From a virus (lineage: Duplodnaviria > Caudoviricetes), in IMG/VR virus record IMGVR_UViG_3300012808_000024, positions 4,965 to 68,964 of that record: DNA of 64,000 nucleotides; one strand, 5' to 3'. The notes below the pieces were generated by a model. The model was not told the origin of the DNA and did no database searches. It was given only the letters and a program-made list of their open reading frames with translations. Position 1 is the stretch's first letter. The number at the start of each line of letters is the position of its first letter. Made by a program: the position numbers and the translations under genes. This document shows positions 27,915 to 36,672 of this stretch, in pieces.

Positions 27915-28121
27915 TTAGTCGGATTTGAGAGCGTTCCACAACTTCTCCTCCAACTCTCTTCGGATTCTCATCCGGTTCATGTGATCGTCGGGCGTTCTGA
28001 CGCTCGGGTGAACGTCCATAACTCCTTTGATCATTTTTATCGCGTCAATAACGCATTGTGCGTCATCGTCGCGGATATCCTCCGAAAAAGTTACGGTCAG
28101 CCCTTTTATTCTATCGCTCAT
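27915..28121 (-). CDS. Small hypothetical phage protein
   Basis: AAGGAG RBS; RIKGLTVTF..DIRDDDA. Confidence 0.7.
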   Translation of the reverse strand: MSDRIKGLTVTFSEDIRDDDAQCVIDAIKMIKGVMDVHPSVRTPDDHMNRMRIRRELEEKLWNALKSD

Positions 28122-28227
28122 TGCTACATCTCCTTCTGCCCATTCCGGGCTATGTAGTATACCTTACGGTATCCATTGGGAACACGACCGGAGTCATGCG
28201 CCCTAGCATATCGTAATGTAGCTAATG

Positions 28228-28725
28228 TTACTCAGTTTGTGGCAACTTTTTCTCTACCCTAGCGAGCCACTTTTCGATTTTGTTCTTTACTTCCTCGGGC
28301 AAGTATCCGCCCGGAAGTAACTCTTTTAACTCGTTTATTGCCTGGATTACGGAATGGAGATCCCAATAATCCAGTGTTCCGGTTATTCTCTCTGTGATGC
28401 TGTCTATACAGGTTTCCGCCCTATATAGACAGCTTACGATTTTTTGTTTTTTCTTCGCTTGTTCTATCAACCTCCCTTCTTCCTCCATGACGACCCGCAA
28501 GGAGTTAGAAATATGATGCTGGTCTAAATCATCTAACCGGGAAACCAGTGGAACCAAAATGCAATGGAGTTTCGCGTAACCATCACTAAAGTATTCCGCG
28601 ACTCCAGGAACCAGCGTAACTGCGTTCTCGGCTTTCCAGTACGCCTCTTGTGTCTCGGCGCGTAAAACCTTTAATTCCTGTACCAACATATTTCCTTCTT
28701 TTTGTAACTTCATCTTCATCTTCAT
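28228..28725 (-). CDS. Helical hypothetical protein
   Basis: AAGGAG RBS before ATG 28725. Confidence 0.65.
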   Translation of the reverse strand: MKMKMKLQKEGNMLVQELKVLRAETQEAYWKAENAVTLVPGVAEYFSDGYAKLHCILVPLVSRLDDLDQHHISNSLRVVMEEEGRLIEQAKKKQKIVSCLYRAETCIDSITERITGTLDYWDLHSVIQAINELKELLPGGYLPEEVKNKIEKWLARVEKKLPQTE

Positions 28726-28762
28726 TTTATCTTTCTCCTTATGCCCCTTGATGGGGCTTTTG

Positions 28763-28921
28763 TTATTTGGCAACCAGCGAAACAACGCATCCTTTGCCGT
28801 AATTCATTTCGAGCACTTCGGCTGCTCCAGCTAAATCGCGAGCGTTGAGACTGCGGAATGTACCTCTCAGCAGGTCGCCGCGAAAATTGACCTCGTATTT
28901 CCATTTGAACCATTTCGTCAT
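28763..28921 (-). CDS. Small hypothetical protein MTKWFKWKYEVNFRGDLL...VAK (52 aa, not in track)
   Basis: GGAGG 8 nt before ATG; flanked by hairpins. Confidence 0.6.
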   Translation of the reverse strand: MTKWFKWKYEVNFRGDLLRGTFRSLNARDLAGAAEVLEMNYGKGCVVSLVAK

Positions 28922-29052
28922 CCCCATTACCTCCTTGAATTGAAGGGGCCGAAGCCCCGGTGTTATTTAATCTTCGATAACTCTTCGTCGTGGGTTTTGT
29001 TCAACTTCTCCAAAAGCGCCTCCCCACGTAAGCCCGTAGGCTGATATTTTCG

Positions 29053-29478
29053 TTACGCCACGCACCAGGCTTCGTAAGCCTCTGTGCGGGTTACCTCGCG
29101 GAACGATCCGTCCGCCATTGCGATCATCCATACGTTGTACGTGCCGTTGCCCCGTCCGTCCTTTTGCCCGTAGGCGATAACGTCACCGGGCTTGCATGTA
29201 ATATAGACCGCGCCGCCGGTGTCGTTACCGAGGAAAGAGCCAGCTTTGAAGTCGTATTGCGGGCGAGCTCCGTCAAACGTGATTACTGCGCCCCAAGGCT
29301 TGCTCCAGCGGCGGCTGTTGTAACCGTCGACCTCGACTTTGACTCGCACCTGTTTCGGAGCCTTGAACTCCTTCCAAGCTTGACGCAGCGCCTCAGCGAT
29401 GAACTGAGCGGCCTTGCCGCCGAACTGCGCTGCTGCCTTACGTGCAATCTCCCAAGCCCTTACCATTACGTTTTTCAT
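29053..29478 (-). CDS. Early hypothetical protein with MKNVMVRAWEIARK..FGGK..EAL..AW N-terminal module
   Basis: AAAGGAG RBS; first gene after strong promoter. Confidence 0.8.
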   Translation of the reverse strand: MKNVMVRAWEIARKAAAQFGGKAAQFIAEALRQAWKEFKAPKQVRVKVEVDGYNSRRWSKPWGAVITFDGARPQYDFKAGSFLGNDTGGAVYITCKPGDVIAYGQKDGRGNGTYNVWMIAMADGSFREVTRTEAYEAWCVA

Positions 29479-29523
29479 GTCGACCGCTCCTTTCGTTACG
29501 TTTTCCGTAACAACCTTGACTTA

Positions 29524-29552
29524 ACTTTAACACGTTACGTTTAACGTGTCAA
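29524..29552 (-). promoter_or_regulatory. SigA promoter TTGACA-17-TAAAGT with ACACGTTA-N4-TAACGTGT operator
   Basis: Inverted repeat 29530-29549 fills the spacer; divergent Xre gene adjacent. Confidence 0.75.
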
Positions 29553-29604
29553 TATATTCAGCGATATTTTTTCGTGATATACTTTTCGAAGGGAGGTCGA
29601 TGTC

Positions 29605-29832
29605 ATGAGCGGTAAAAATCCGCCTTATATACGTATAAAATTAGCGGAGATTCTTTCCGCTCGAAATATGTCTCAACGGGAACTGGCTCGCCAAACAGGT
29701 ATACGGCACCCGTCCGTTAACGAAATGTGCGAAAATAAAACCCAACGGCTGCCGCTCGATAACCTAGCGATTATCTGCGTGACGTTGGGCGTAAGTATTA
29801 CCGATATATTAGAGTTAATAGACGAGGCATAG
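29605..29832 (+). CDS. Xre/Cro-type HTH regulator
   Basis: MSQRELARQTGIRHPSVNEMC..LDNLA.IC..LG..I.DIL; GGGAGG RBS. Confidence 0.9.
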   Translation: MSGKNPPYIRIKLAEILSARNMSQRELARQTGIRHPSVNEMCENKTQRLPLDNLAIICVTLGVSITDILELIDEA

Positions 29833-30285
29833 CCGTTCCCTCCATCGCGCCGCCTGCTGCCGAGCCTGCACGAAAGGCTCCGTTGCTCCCGCCGTTACTG
29901 GCCCCGGCGACGAATCCCGCCGATACTGCGCCCGCCTAGCTTCGTTACGGCCGCGCGCGTCCCGATCCACTCGCCAATTCTCGTAACGAGTACGGCGGCG
30001 TTTCGTCGGCTTCCGGTGGTTACGGCCGTCCGCGCCCGTCTCCTCGGCGGCCTTGATTCCGGTTTCGCGGCCGTGTCGCAGCTCCAGTTGCCAGGCGGAG
30101 AAGAACGGATATTCCGTATTTGTTACCTTATCCGGGTGCCGGTCGGTCAACTCTTCGCGGAGGATTGCGTCAGCTAACCGTTCCAACGTCCGCGCATCCG
30201 GCCGCTCGCAATCCTCCAATGCCTTCGCCAGCGCCGCAATACGCTCGCTGCGGTCGGTAATCTCTGCCACCGCGGTAAATGTCAT
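29815..30285 (-). CDS. Conserved phage hypothetical protein
   Basis: ERLADAIL.EELTD.HPDKV...EYPF; GGAGGTGA RBS; ATGA coupling. Confidence 0.7.
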   Translation of the reverse strand: MTFTAVAEITDRSERIAALAKALEDCERPDARTLERLADAILREELTDRHPDKVTNTEYPFFSAWQLELRHGRETGIKAAEETGADGRNHRKPTKRRRTRYENWRVDRDARGRNEARRAQYRRDSSPGPVTAGATEPFVQARQQAARWRERLCLVY

Positions 30286-30656
30286 CGACTCACCTCCACC
30301 TCTCCGTAATTCCACCGTTTATATACCGCCGTAATCCGCCTAATTGCGCTATCCAAGAACTTATTTACGGCGTCTCTCGTTACGCCCATGACGGCGGCAG
30401 CTTCCGCTTGCGTCAAATCCCAATGGCCGTAAACCAACGCCACTGCCTCCGTCTGCCGATCCGTAAGTCCAGCCGAGCTGATAGCCGAAGCCAGGTCAAT
30501 CAATATGTCGGATGCGGCCGTGTCGCCCACGAATCGGCGCTGCCCTATTTTATGTCGGTCGCGGAATAGGCTCTTTACGCCTGCCTCCGTCGTTAGTGCG
30601 TAAGTTACCGTGTATTTACGTGTTTGTTCCGTCAAATCTACGTTTGATCCGCCCAT
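30282..30656 (-). CDS. Sigma-70 region 4-type HTH protein
   Basis: LTDRQTEAV.LVY..DLTQAEAAAVMGVTRDAV. Confidence 0.8.
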   Translation of the reverse strand: MGGSNVDLTEQTRKYTVTYALTTEAGVKSLFRDRHKIGQRRFVGDTAASDILIDLASAISSAGLTDRQTEAVALVYGHWDLTQAEAAAVMGVTRDAVNKFLDSAIRRITAVYKRWNYGEVEVSR

Positions 30657-30691
30657 TTAATCCGCTCCTTTATCTTCGTAATATTTATTGT

Positions 30692-32242
30692 TTATGTTGC
30701 CTCTTGTAACAGCCTAACTTCGCCTATATCGCCAAATTCGCGTGCGACCCATTCCCGTGCTACCGAACTATTACGCTGCTCGCCCTCTGACGGAATCCAC
30801 CCAAAATGACTACCGCAGATGTAATTGAGGCGTGAAAGAAGTAACTCATTTTTGAACCACACGTGGATTGTTCCTTTAGAGAACATTTTAAATCTGAGCG
30901 TGTCGTTCTCGAACTCGCCTCGGTTAATCGCTGTAAATTTTCCGCTTACGGCGGGGTCGATTAGTTGGAGCGCTTTTATAATATCGTCAATCCACGCGCG
31001 CACCTCGTAATTAATGCGTGTGTAGTCGTCGCTAAAATCCCATCGGTCGAACGCTGCGTACTTAACCGGAATTATGATTTTCCGATTGATTTTATACGAG
31101 CTATTCGTCCGCCACCCGTTATAGTAATGTACATTTGACGAGTAGCTTGTCATATGGTGGTCTGTAATCCGCTGAAAAATCGAAACTACGCTATCGATGA
31201 GAATATCCTGCCGGTTTGCGCCCAATGCCATCAAGAGCGTGCGAATATTTGAGAGGTTAATTTCCAACTCGCCTGCTGATTCTAATTTTCGGTTCAGCTT
31301 TGCGATAGCATCGTTCGTCAGCATTTTTCGGAAGTCGTCAGTACCGAGTATCAATTTCCAATACTCGCTACGTAGTTTATCGATTTCGTTTCGCAAATCC
31401 TCCGAATCAACCGCTTTTCGCGTCTGGACTACGTATCCAAGCGAGTTTGATCGCTCTCGGTTGACGTTAGACACATAACGCAAAAACGATTGCTTTGCGA
31501 TCGACGTGCGGTGTGCCTCTCTTATCAGACTTACCGCTGTCTCGTACTCGGCTACTAATCGTTCTACGTCACGTAATCTTTCCGCCAACTCCGTGGGTTT
31601 GACATAAGTGGACATCGCTGTTCCCAACTCTGCCGCGAGGTCAGACGGTTCACGAGCGGTGAAAAACGGAATCTTATCGTATATAGACTTTCCGCCGCCA
31701 TCCTTCGGAACCTTGACGTGAATTAGCGCTATTTCTACGTCTGTTTTTCGTTCAGCATCGGAGAACGCCCCGCTTACGTAACGTATGTCAGCGTTATATA
31801 AATTCAGTTTACGTATCAACTCTTGCCGCTTCGTTGAAAATGTGTTGTCAATCGTTTCTCTGTTTACAATCGCGAATATTTCGCAATATGAAAGTTGATT
31901 TTCTGCGAGATCCAGCGCTTTCAATACGTGGGCAACACCGTCTGAGAATGGGGGATTCATAATTATAAAGTCGTATTCTTTGTACGTCTCATAAGTTAAA
32001 AAATCGTCCCAAACGACAGACACGCCAGCGCTCATTAACGTGTCAACAAGCCGAGGATCGTTTTCAATCGCATCAATCCGAGGTGGGTCGCCGTGCCTGC
32101 GGCTATCTCGAATATACCGAATAATGTCCCCTTTACCAGCGGATGGCTCTAATATACGGCCGTAAATGCGCGCACCTTCCGTTAAATTATCGAATACGTC
32201 CCGCGGTGTCGGGTAAAAATCCTTATTATCCGTATATATCAT
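30692..32242 (-). CDS. N6-adenine MTase-like domain + DUF4942
   Basis: DFYPTP, ILEPSAGKGDI (motif I), IIMNPPF (motif IV); C-terminal F..GT.H..FKN. Confidence 0.8.
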   Translation of the reverse strand: MIYTDNKDFYPTPRDVFDNLTEGARIYGRILEPSAGKGDIIRYIRDSRRHGDPPRIDAIENDPRLVDTLMSAGVSVVWDDFLTYETYKEYDFIIMNPPFSDGVAHVLKALDLAENQLSYCEIFAIVNRETIDNTFSTKRQELIRKLNLYNADIRYVSGAFSDAERKTDVEIALIHVKVPKDGGGKSIYDKIPFFTAREPSDLAAELGTAMSTYVKPTELAERLRDVERLVAEYETAVSLIREAHRTSIAKQSFLRYVSNVNRERSNSLGYVVQTRKAVDSEDLRNEIDKLRSEYWKLILGTDDFRKMLTNDAIAKLNRKLESAGELEINLSNIRTLLMALGANRQDILIDSVVSIFQRITDHHMTSYSSNVHYYNGWRTNSSYKINRKIIIPVKYAAFDRWDFSDDYTRINYEVRAWIDDIIKALQLIDPAVSGKFTAINRGEFENDTLRFKMFSKGTIHVWFKNELLLSRLNYICGSHFGWIPSEGEQRNSSVAREWVAREFGDIGEVRLLQEAT

Positions 32243-33486
32243 TGCTCAACCACCTTCCGTAATTGCTGCGCGAGCGCGATGCCTAGCAAATAAGCGACGC
32301 GCGATGCGACTCCGTTGCCGACAATACGGTATTGCGCGGATAGCGAAATCGAGTCCGGCAACACGTAAGAGTCGGGAACGGATTGGATACGAAGGCATTC
32401 GCGGACGGTAAAGCGGCGCGGCTGTGTCGGGTGAATCTCCGCATGATCAAGTCGACATACGTTTACTGTGCGGCCAGCCCCGTCCATGTCCGCAACGTAT
32501 CCGCGTTGGTTCGAAAGCAAGTGTTCTGGCTTTACTGTAGTCGCACGAGTTTGCACATGGTTTTGAACGTTTGCGTCGTTTGGATGCGGTGTATAGTTTG
32601 ACGGCATAGGACGACTGTTGTGGGTCTTTATCGTTGGTGAAGGCTCGTCAACATTAAATACTGCCTTCTTACCGTAATTCCTTGGATGATTGTAGTAGTA
32701 ACTCGTAGGTTCCGGCAAGTCTCCGATAGCGTCTCGAATTACCTGCGTCCGATAAAGAGCGGCGTCCGGTTCGGGGAACTCAAACGTAAACCCGAGGTCC
32801 TTCCGAATCCCAACGATGAATACGCGCTCCCTTTTCTGCGCCACTCCGTAATCCCAAGCGTTGACGATCCGCCAGCTTACTTCATACCCGATCTCGTCAA
32901 ACTTCGTTAGTAATGCGTCAAATGTCGGCCGGTGCCGTTTACTTACGAGCCCTTTCACGTTCTCGAAGATAAAGGCGCGGGGCTTCTTCCGCTCGATCAA
33001 CGCCAGATACGTCCAGACGAGTTTGCCCCGTTCGCCATCTTCGCCTGCGCCCGAACCAGCGACGGAGAAGTCCTGACACGGCGGGCCTCCTGCAATTACG
33101 TCCGTGTCCGGGATCGAATCGAAGTCAATCGTGATAATATCGCCTTGGATTACGTGGTCGCCTAGATTGTAACGGTAAGCGGCAACGGCATTCTTGTCGA
33201 AATCGTTCGCCCAAGATAATGAATAGCCAGCCCGCGCGAGTCCTGTCGCCATAAGGCCGCCGCCCGCGAATACTTCCGCTACCGACAGTTCATTATTCGC
33301 AAGTTGAGGAGTTACGTCGTAGTGTCGTATGTTTATCGTCTCCTTTTCGTTGAGTGTATCGAGAACATTTTCCGCCTTTGCCCTAACTACTCGCGCTGGT
33401 TTATCGAACGAATCGTTATATCCGATAAGGTGGTCGCGCGAATGTCGGTATTGTGCGGTAGTCAACGGGTATGTCGTGTGATTCAC
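32239..33486 (-). CDS. dcm: DNA cytosine-5 methyltransferase
   Basis: FAGGG, GPPCQDFS, ENVKGL, QKRERV, RECLRIQ, QYRIVGNGV; no cognate endonuclease adjacent. Confidence 0.95.
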   Translation of the reverse strand: MNHTTYPLTTAQYRHSRDHLIGYNDSFDKPARVVRAKAENVLDTLNEKETINIRHYDVTPQLANNELSVAEVFAGGGLMATGLARAGYSLSWANDFDKNAVAAYRYNLGDHVIQGDIITIDFDSIPDTDVIAGGPPCQDFSVAGSGAGEDGERGKLVWTYLALIERKKPRAFIFENVKGLVSKRHRPTFDALLTKFDEIGYEVSWRIVNAWDYGVAQKRERVFIVGIRKDLGFTFEFPEPDAALYRTQVIRDAIGDLPEPTSYYYNHPRNYGKKAVFNVDEPSPTIKTHNSRPMPSNYTPHPNDANVQNHVQTRATTVKPEHLLSNQRGYVADMDGAGRTVNVCRLDHAEIHPTQPRRFTVRECLRIQSVPDSYVLPDSISLSAQYRIVGNGVASRVAYLLGIALAQQLRKVVEQ

Positions 33487-33510
33487 AATCAGCCGCCGTC
33501 CTCCTCGTAT

Positions 33511-33539
33511 TTGAAATTTGAGTAAATCTGCGTTATACT
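33511..33539 (+). promoter_or_regulatory. SigA promoter TTGAAA-17-TATACT
   Basis: Directly upstream of + strand gene at 33577. Confidence 0.6.
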
Positions 33540-33576
33540 TACGTTAATATCTCGTTAACGAACGGAGTGAAACATA

Positions 33577-33915
33577 ATGCCCGAACAATCTAAACGGTAC
33601 AACATCGTAAGTGTACCGTTACTGAATCTTTACGTGGCTACCGATAAGCAGCAGCGGCTCCGGCTTTCGGCCGACATCGTTAAGATGTATGAACTGGCGG
33701 CCGGAAACCGCGTAGAACTCGGATTCGTGGCCGACGAAAGGGCAATTTGCCTGCGCCAAGCGTCCGGCGGGAATCTCGAAGCTGCTAACGTAGATCAGCG
33801 GGGATACATATCGGCGCGGCGGTTTTTCGCTAAATCGCAAATTCCGGCCGCGGCAGGTCGGTACGTATTCGAGGCGGAGCAGGACGGCTGGTTAATCTTT
33901 GTTAGAGCGGAGTAG
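33577..33915 (+). CDS. Possible AbrB/MraZ-like swapped-hairpin protein
   Basis: DKQQRLRLSADIVKMYEL..G.RV and VDQRGYIS repeats; GGAGTG RBS. Confidence 0.5.
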   Translation: MPEQSKRYNIVSVPLLNLYVATDKQQRLRLSADIVKMYELAAGNRVELGFVADERAICLRQASGGNLEAANVDQRGYISARRFFAKSQIPAAAGRYVFEAEQDGWLIFVRAE

Positions 33916-34440
33916 CTGCGTTACTACTTTGTCAACCTTCGCGTGTAATTCCGCTAGGCTGCCGTCGTTGACGATTTCGTAATCTACTTCGAAGCCGTCA
34001 ACGTATTGCTCCGTCTCGTGTTCGAGGTCAGCCGCGGTAAAGTTATCGCCCGCCGCAGCCGCCCGCTGAAGGCGAAGCTCTGTCGGAGCTGTTACGCGAA
34101 TGATGGCGTATCCCTCCGCACGGCAGCGGGCGTGTTCGTTCGGCTGGCGAAGGTCAGTAATTACGATAGGCCGGCTGCCTCCAAACCACGAAATATTGTC
34201 GAAACACTCCCTCACCCATATATCGGGATCGCGTTGCCGCATTGTCTGCCCGAACCACTGGTACAGCCCGCGGGGCTTACGCCCATCAGCGACCTCGTGC
34301 GGGAACAAGGCGTCGGCGTATATTCCGATTTCATCACCGAACGCGAAGCGGGAATAATCGTACTTGGTGCAAAGGTACTCGCCCACGCTGTCCTTGCCGC
34401 TGCGGAGAGTTCCGGTAATTGCGATGTTTGGTAACGTCAC
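33892..34440 (-). CDS. Deoxynucleoside monophosphate kinase-like P-loop protein
   Basis: IAITGTLRSGKDSV, ITDLRQPNE, HETE. Confidence 0.85.
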   Translation of the reverse strand: MTLPNIAITGTLRSGKDSVGEYLCTKYDYSRFAFGDEIGIYADALFPHEVADGRKPRGLYQWFGQTMRQRDPDIWVRECFDNISWFGGSRPIVITDLRQPNEHARCRAEGYAIIRVTAPTELRLQRAAAAGDNFTAADLEHETEQYVDGFEVDYEIVNDGSLAELHAKVDKVVTQLLRSNKD

Positions 34441-34643
34441 GCATCCACCTCCGTAATATCCTCGATATTGTCAAACGTCATCTCTGCGACCTGGGCGCGG
34501 CGTGTCCGATAATATAGGTACCTCATAAGTTTGCGCGCCTCCTTTTCCGCCCGCTCTCGCGTCAAGTATTTCCGCACGGCTCCGCCATCTTTTAGGTACG
34601 GATTCCCGTCAAATAAAATAACGTACATTCCGCTGCTGATCAT
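34437..34643 (-). CDS. Hypothetical protein
   Basis: GGGAGG RBS; ATGA/GTGA overlaps. Confidence 0.6.
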   Translation of the reverse strand: MISSGMYVILFDGNPYLKDGGAVRKYLTRERAEKEARKLMRYLYYRTRRAQVAEMTFDNIEDITEVDA

Positions 34644-34822
34644 AGTCCGCCTCCCCAAATGTACTGTGCCGGGATTGACGCAAAGAGAGCGACTATAAGC
34701 GTCTGCCACAAAAACCCTGACGCAGACTCAGTGTCCGCAGTGATGACACTTGCGACCAAGCCCGTGATAGAAATTACTAACATTACGCAAAATATTACGA
34801 AAAGCGTTACAACGATAATCAT
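34640..34822 (-). CDS. Small two-TM protein
   Basis: Hydrophobic; coupled overlaps. Confidence 0.6.
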   Translation of the reverse strand: MIIVVTLFVIFCVMLVISITGLVASVITADTESASGFLWQTLIVALFASIPAQYIWGGGL

Positions 34823-35049
34823 TCGGACACCCTCCCATAAGGTACGATTGTATAGCGTTCCATTTCCGCAATGACCTCGATACGTGTTGCGGCTCTGTAT
34901 CCGCGAAGGCCAATTAAGGAATTTCGTGCCAGACGCATAGCCTGCGCCCGCGCTGTACTTTTCGTAAGGTAGGCTGGTCGGCCTCCTGCGGGATCGATCG
35001 GCACTCCATCGCGGTAAATTACGTAAACCAAGTGTTGGTTATCGGCCAT
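34819..35049 (-). CDS. Hypothetical protein
   Basis: RBS and TAATG coupling. Confidence 0.6.
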   Translation of the reverse strand: MADNQHLVYVIYRDGVPIDPAGGRPAYLTKSTARAQAMRLARNSLIGLRGYRAATRIEVIAEMERYTIVPYGRVSE

Positions 35050-36215
35050 TATTCGATCACCTCCTCATAGCGGGCAGAATCGTCGATTACGCGGACCTGA
35101 TTCTCGCCGATCCAACTGCGATTATATGTGTGACTCCATCCATTTCCACAAGACACGCCACTTACGACCTGACTATCATAGATAGGCAACCTCTCGACTA
35201 ACGTAGTTATGAGGTCCTTCGTATGATACACGTCTTCTCTCGGCTCGACGACATCCCCGGCACGAAATCCTTCCGGCCCCGGCGCGTTCAGGTATTCGTC
35301 AGGCACCGACAGGCCAAGCGCCCTTCTTAGCGCAATCGCCTTTCCGATATATTCGTTGAAGCAGTCGCCTGGCGCGGCCTTTGCGATTCCCCGGAACCTA
35401 ATTACCTGAGGCACCTCGTAAGCAAGGCGAAGTAAAGCGACCACTGTCCGTTTTTCTCGGTTGACTACGAACTCTAGCGTATAATGACATGCGTCCATGT
35501 GCTCTACACATCCGTGGGAGTTCGTCCGCCCCTTTACGTCTTCCATCGCTTGCTTTACGATGTCCTCACGGGTTAAATTCGGCACTGCTGGTTCGCCACT
35601 AGCCGGAGATTCAAGTGCAGCCACTCGCTCCTCCAACGCAAGGACTCGCGATTCTAACGCGGCGAGTCGGTTGGGCTGTGGCGTGTCTTCTGCGGTATGC
35701 ACAACGTTCGGTAACGGTTCGAGAACGTAGGATTTTGGGATACTGGAAGAGCCTCGGTACCTCAACACCTCGTTATCGTCTCTGAAACATTCCCATATAC
35801 CGTGAATATCGTATACTACGTAAGTTTTTGCTGACGAAATAGCCTGGTCGTGTCGGTCTTCCTCAAATACGATCCTCTCGCCAATTTTAGCCGCTCTGTC
35901 TACGAGTCGGTACCGATTCCCACCCGCATCTTGTACGATGTCGGTAGGTTCGAGGACATTGTAGGTGCTGCTGTTACGCGCAGTATCGCCCACCTGCCAT
36001 TTTCCCTCTCCGAAGTAAGAATCAGAAAGTCCTCTAAAATCTACAAGATCAGACGAAATCACACGACCTATGTCACCTACCGAGTAGAATCTGTAATTCG
36101 GCTTAGTGGACTTTACGATAATCAACTCGCCTTTCTTCGCTCCTCGAACAACTTCGCGATATTCCCGTTTCCATCCCGTCAATTTTTCGTCAGCTAATAT
36201 CGTAACATTACTCAT
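35049..36215 (-). CDS. Multidomain phage hypothetical protein
   Basis: About 390 aa; EKRTVVALL..GIAKAAPGDCFNEYIGKAIALRRALG module. Confidence 0.7.
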   Translation of the reverse strand: MSNVTILADEKLTGWKREYREVVRGAKKGELIIVKSTKPNYRFYSVGDIGRVISSDLVDFRGLSDSYFGEGKWQVGDTARNSSTYNVLEPTDIVQDAGGNRYRLVDRAAKIGERIVFEEDRHDQAISSAKTYVVYDIHGIWECFRDDNEVLRYRGSSSIPKSYVLEPLPNVVHTAEDTPQPNRLAALESRVLALEERVAALESPASGEPAVPNLTREDIVKQAMEDVKGRTNSHGCVEHMDACHYTLEFVVNREKRTVVALLRLAYEVPQVIRFRGIAKAAPGDCFNEYIGKAIALRRALGLSVPDEYLNAPGPEGFRAGDVVEPREDVYHTKDLITTLVERLPIYDSQVVSGVSCGNGWSHTYNRSWIGENQVRVIDDSARYEEVIE

Positions 36216-36672
36216 TCGCATTACCTCCGTTATTTATTATCCGTAATTCCACCATTTGCCTTCCGAACTCTAGCGCCTCTTTCCGTGTCTTGTGCAGTAC
36301 GTCGACCTTCTGTCCCTTTATCGCGCCGCCCTTATCTGCCGCAACGCCGTCAATAACCGTCCCGTCCGATAGCCTGATTTCGATGACCGTCCCGAGAGGA
36401 ATTACCTTCGGATCAACGGCGATAATGCGGCGGCCATCCTCGTCATTTATCGTGTGTCTTACGTCAATTCCAGCGGCCGTAATGCCGGAGCAGCCACGGC
36501 AATTAGCGGTGTATGCGGTCGCTTCATACGGTAACCATTCCGGCTCAGGTTCGGGCATTGGCACCGGTACGGCGGTTCCTGCGACTTTAACTGCGATAAG
36601 AGCCGCTGCAAGCAGGGCGGTTACGAAGCAGTTAGGGACGGGCACCTTCGAAAATAGCGTCAATCTTCGCAA
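36208..36672 (-). CDS. Secreted 3D (Asp-Asp-Asp) domain protein
   Basis: Hydrophobic leader; ATAYT..ITAAG..IAVDPKVIPLGT..AADKGGAIKG..VDV. Confidence 0.85.
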   Translation of the reverse strand: MRRLTLFSKVPVPNCFVTALLAAALIAVKVAGTAVPVPMPEPEPEWLPYEATAYTANCRGCSGITAAGIDVRHTINDEDGRRIIAVDPKVIPLGTVIEIRLSDGTVIDGVAADKGGAIKGQKVDVLHKTRKEALEFGRQMVELRIINNGGNANE

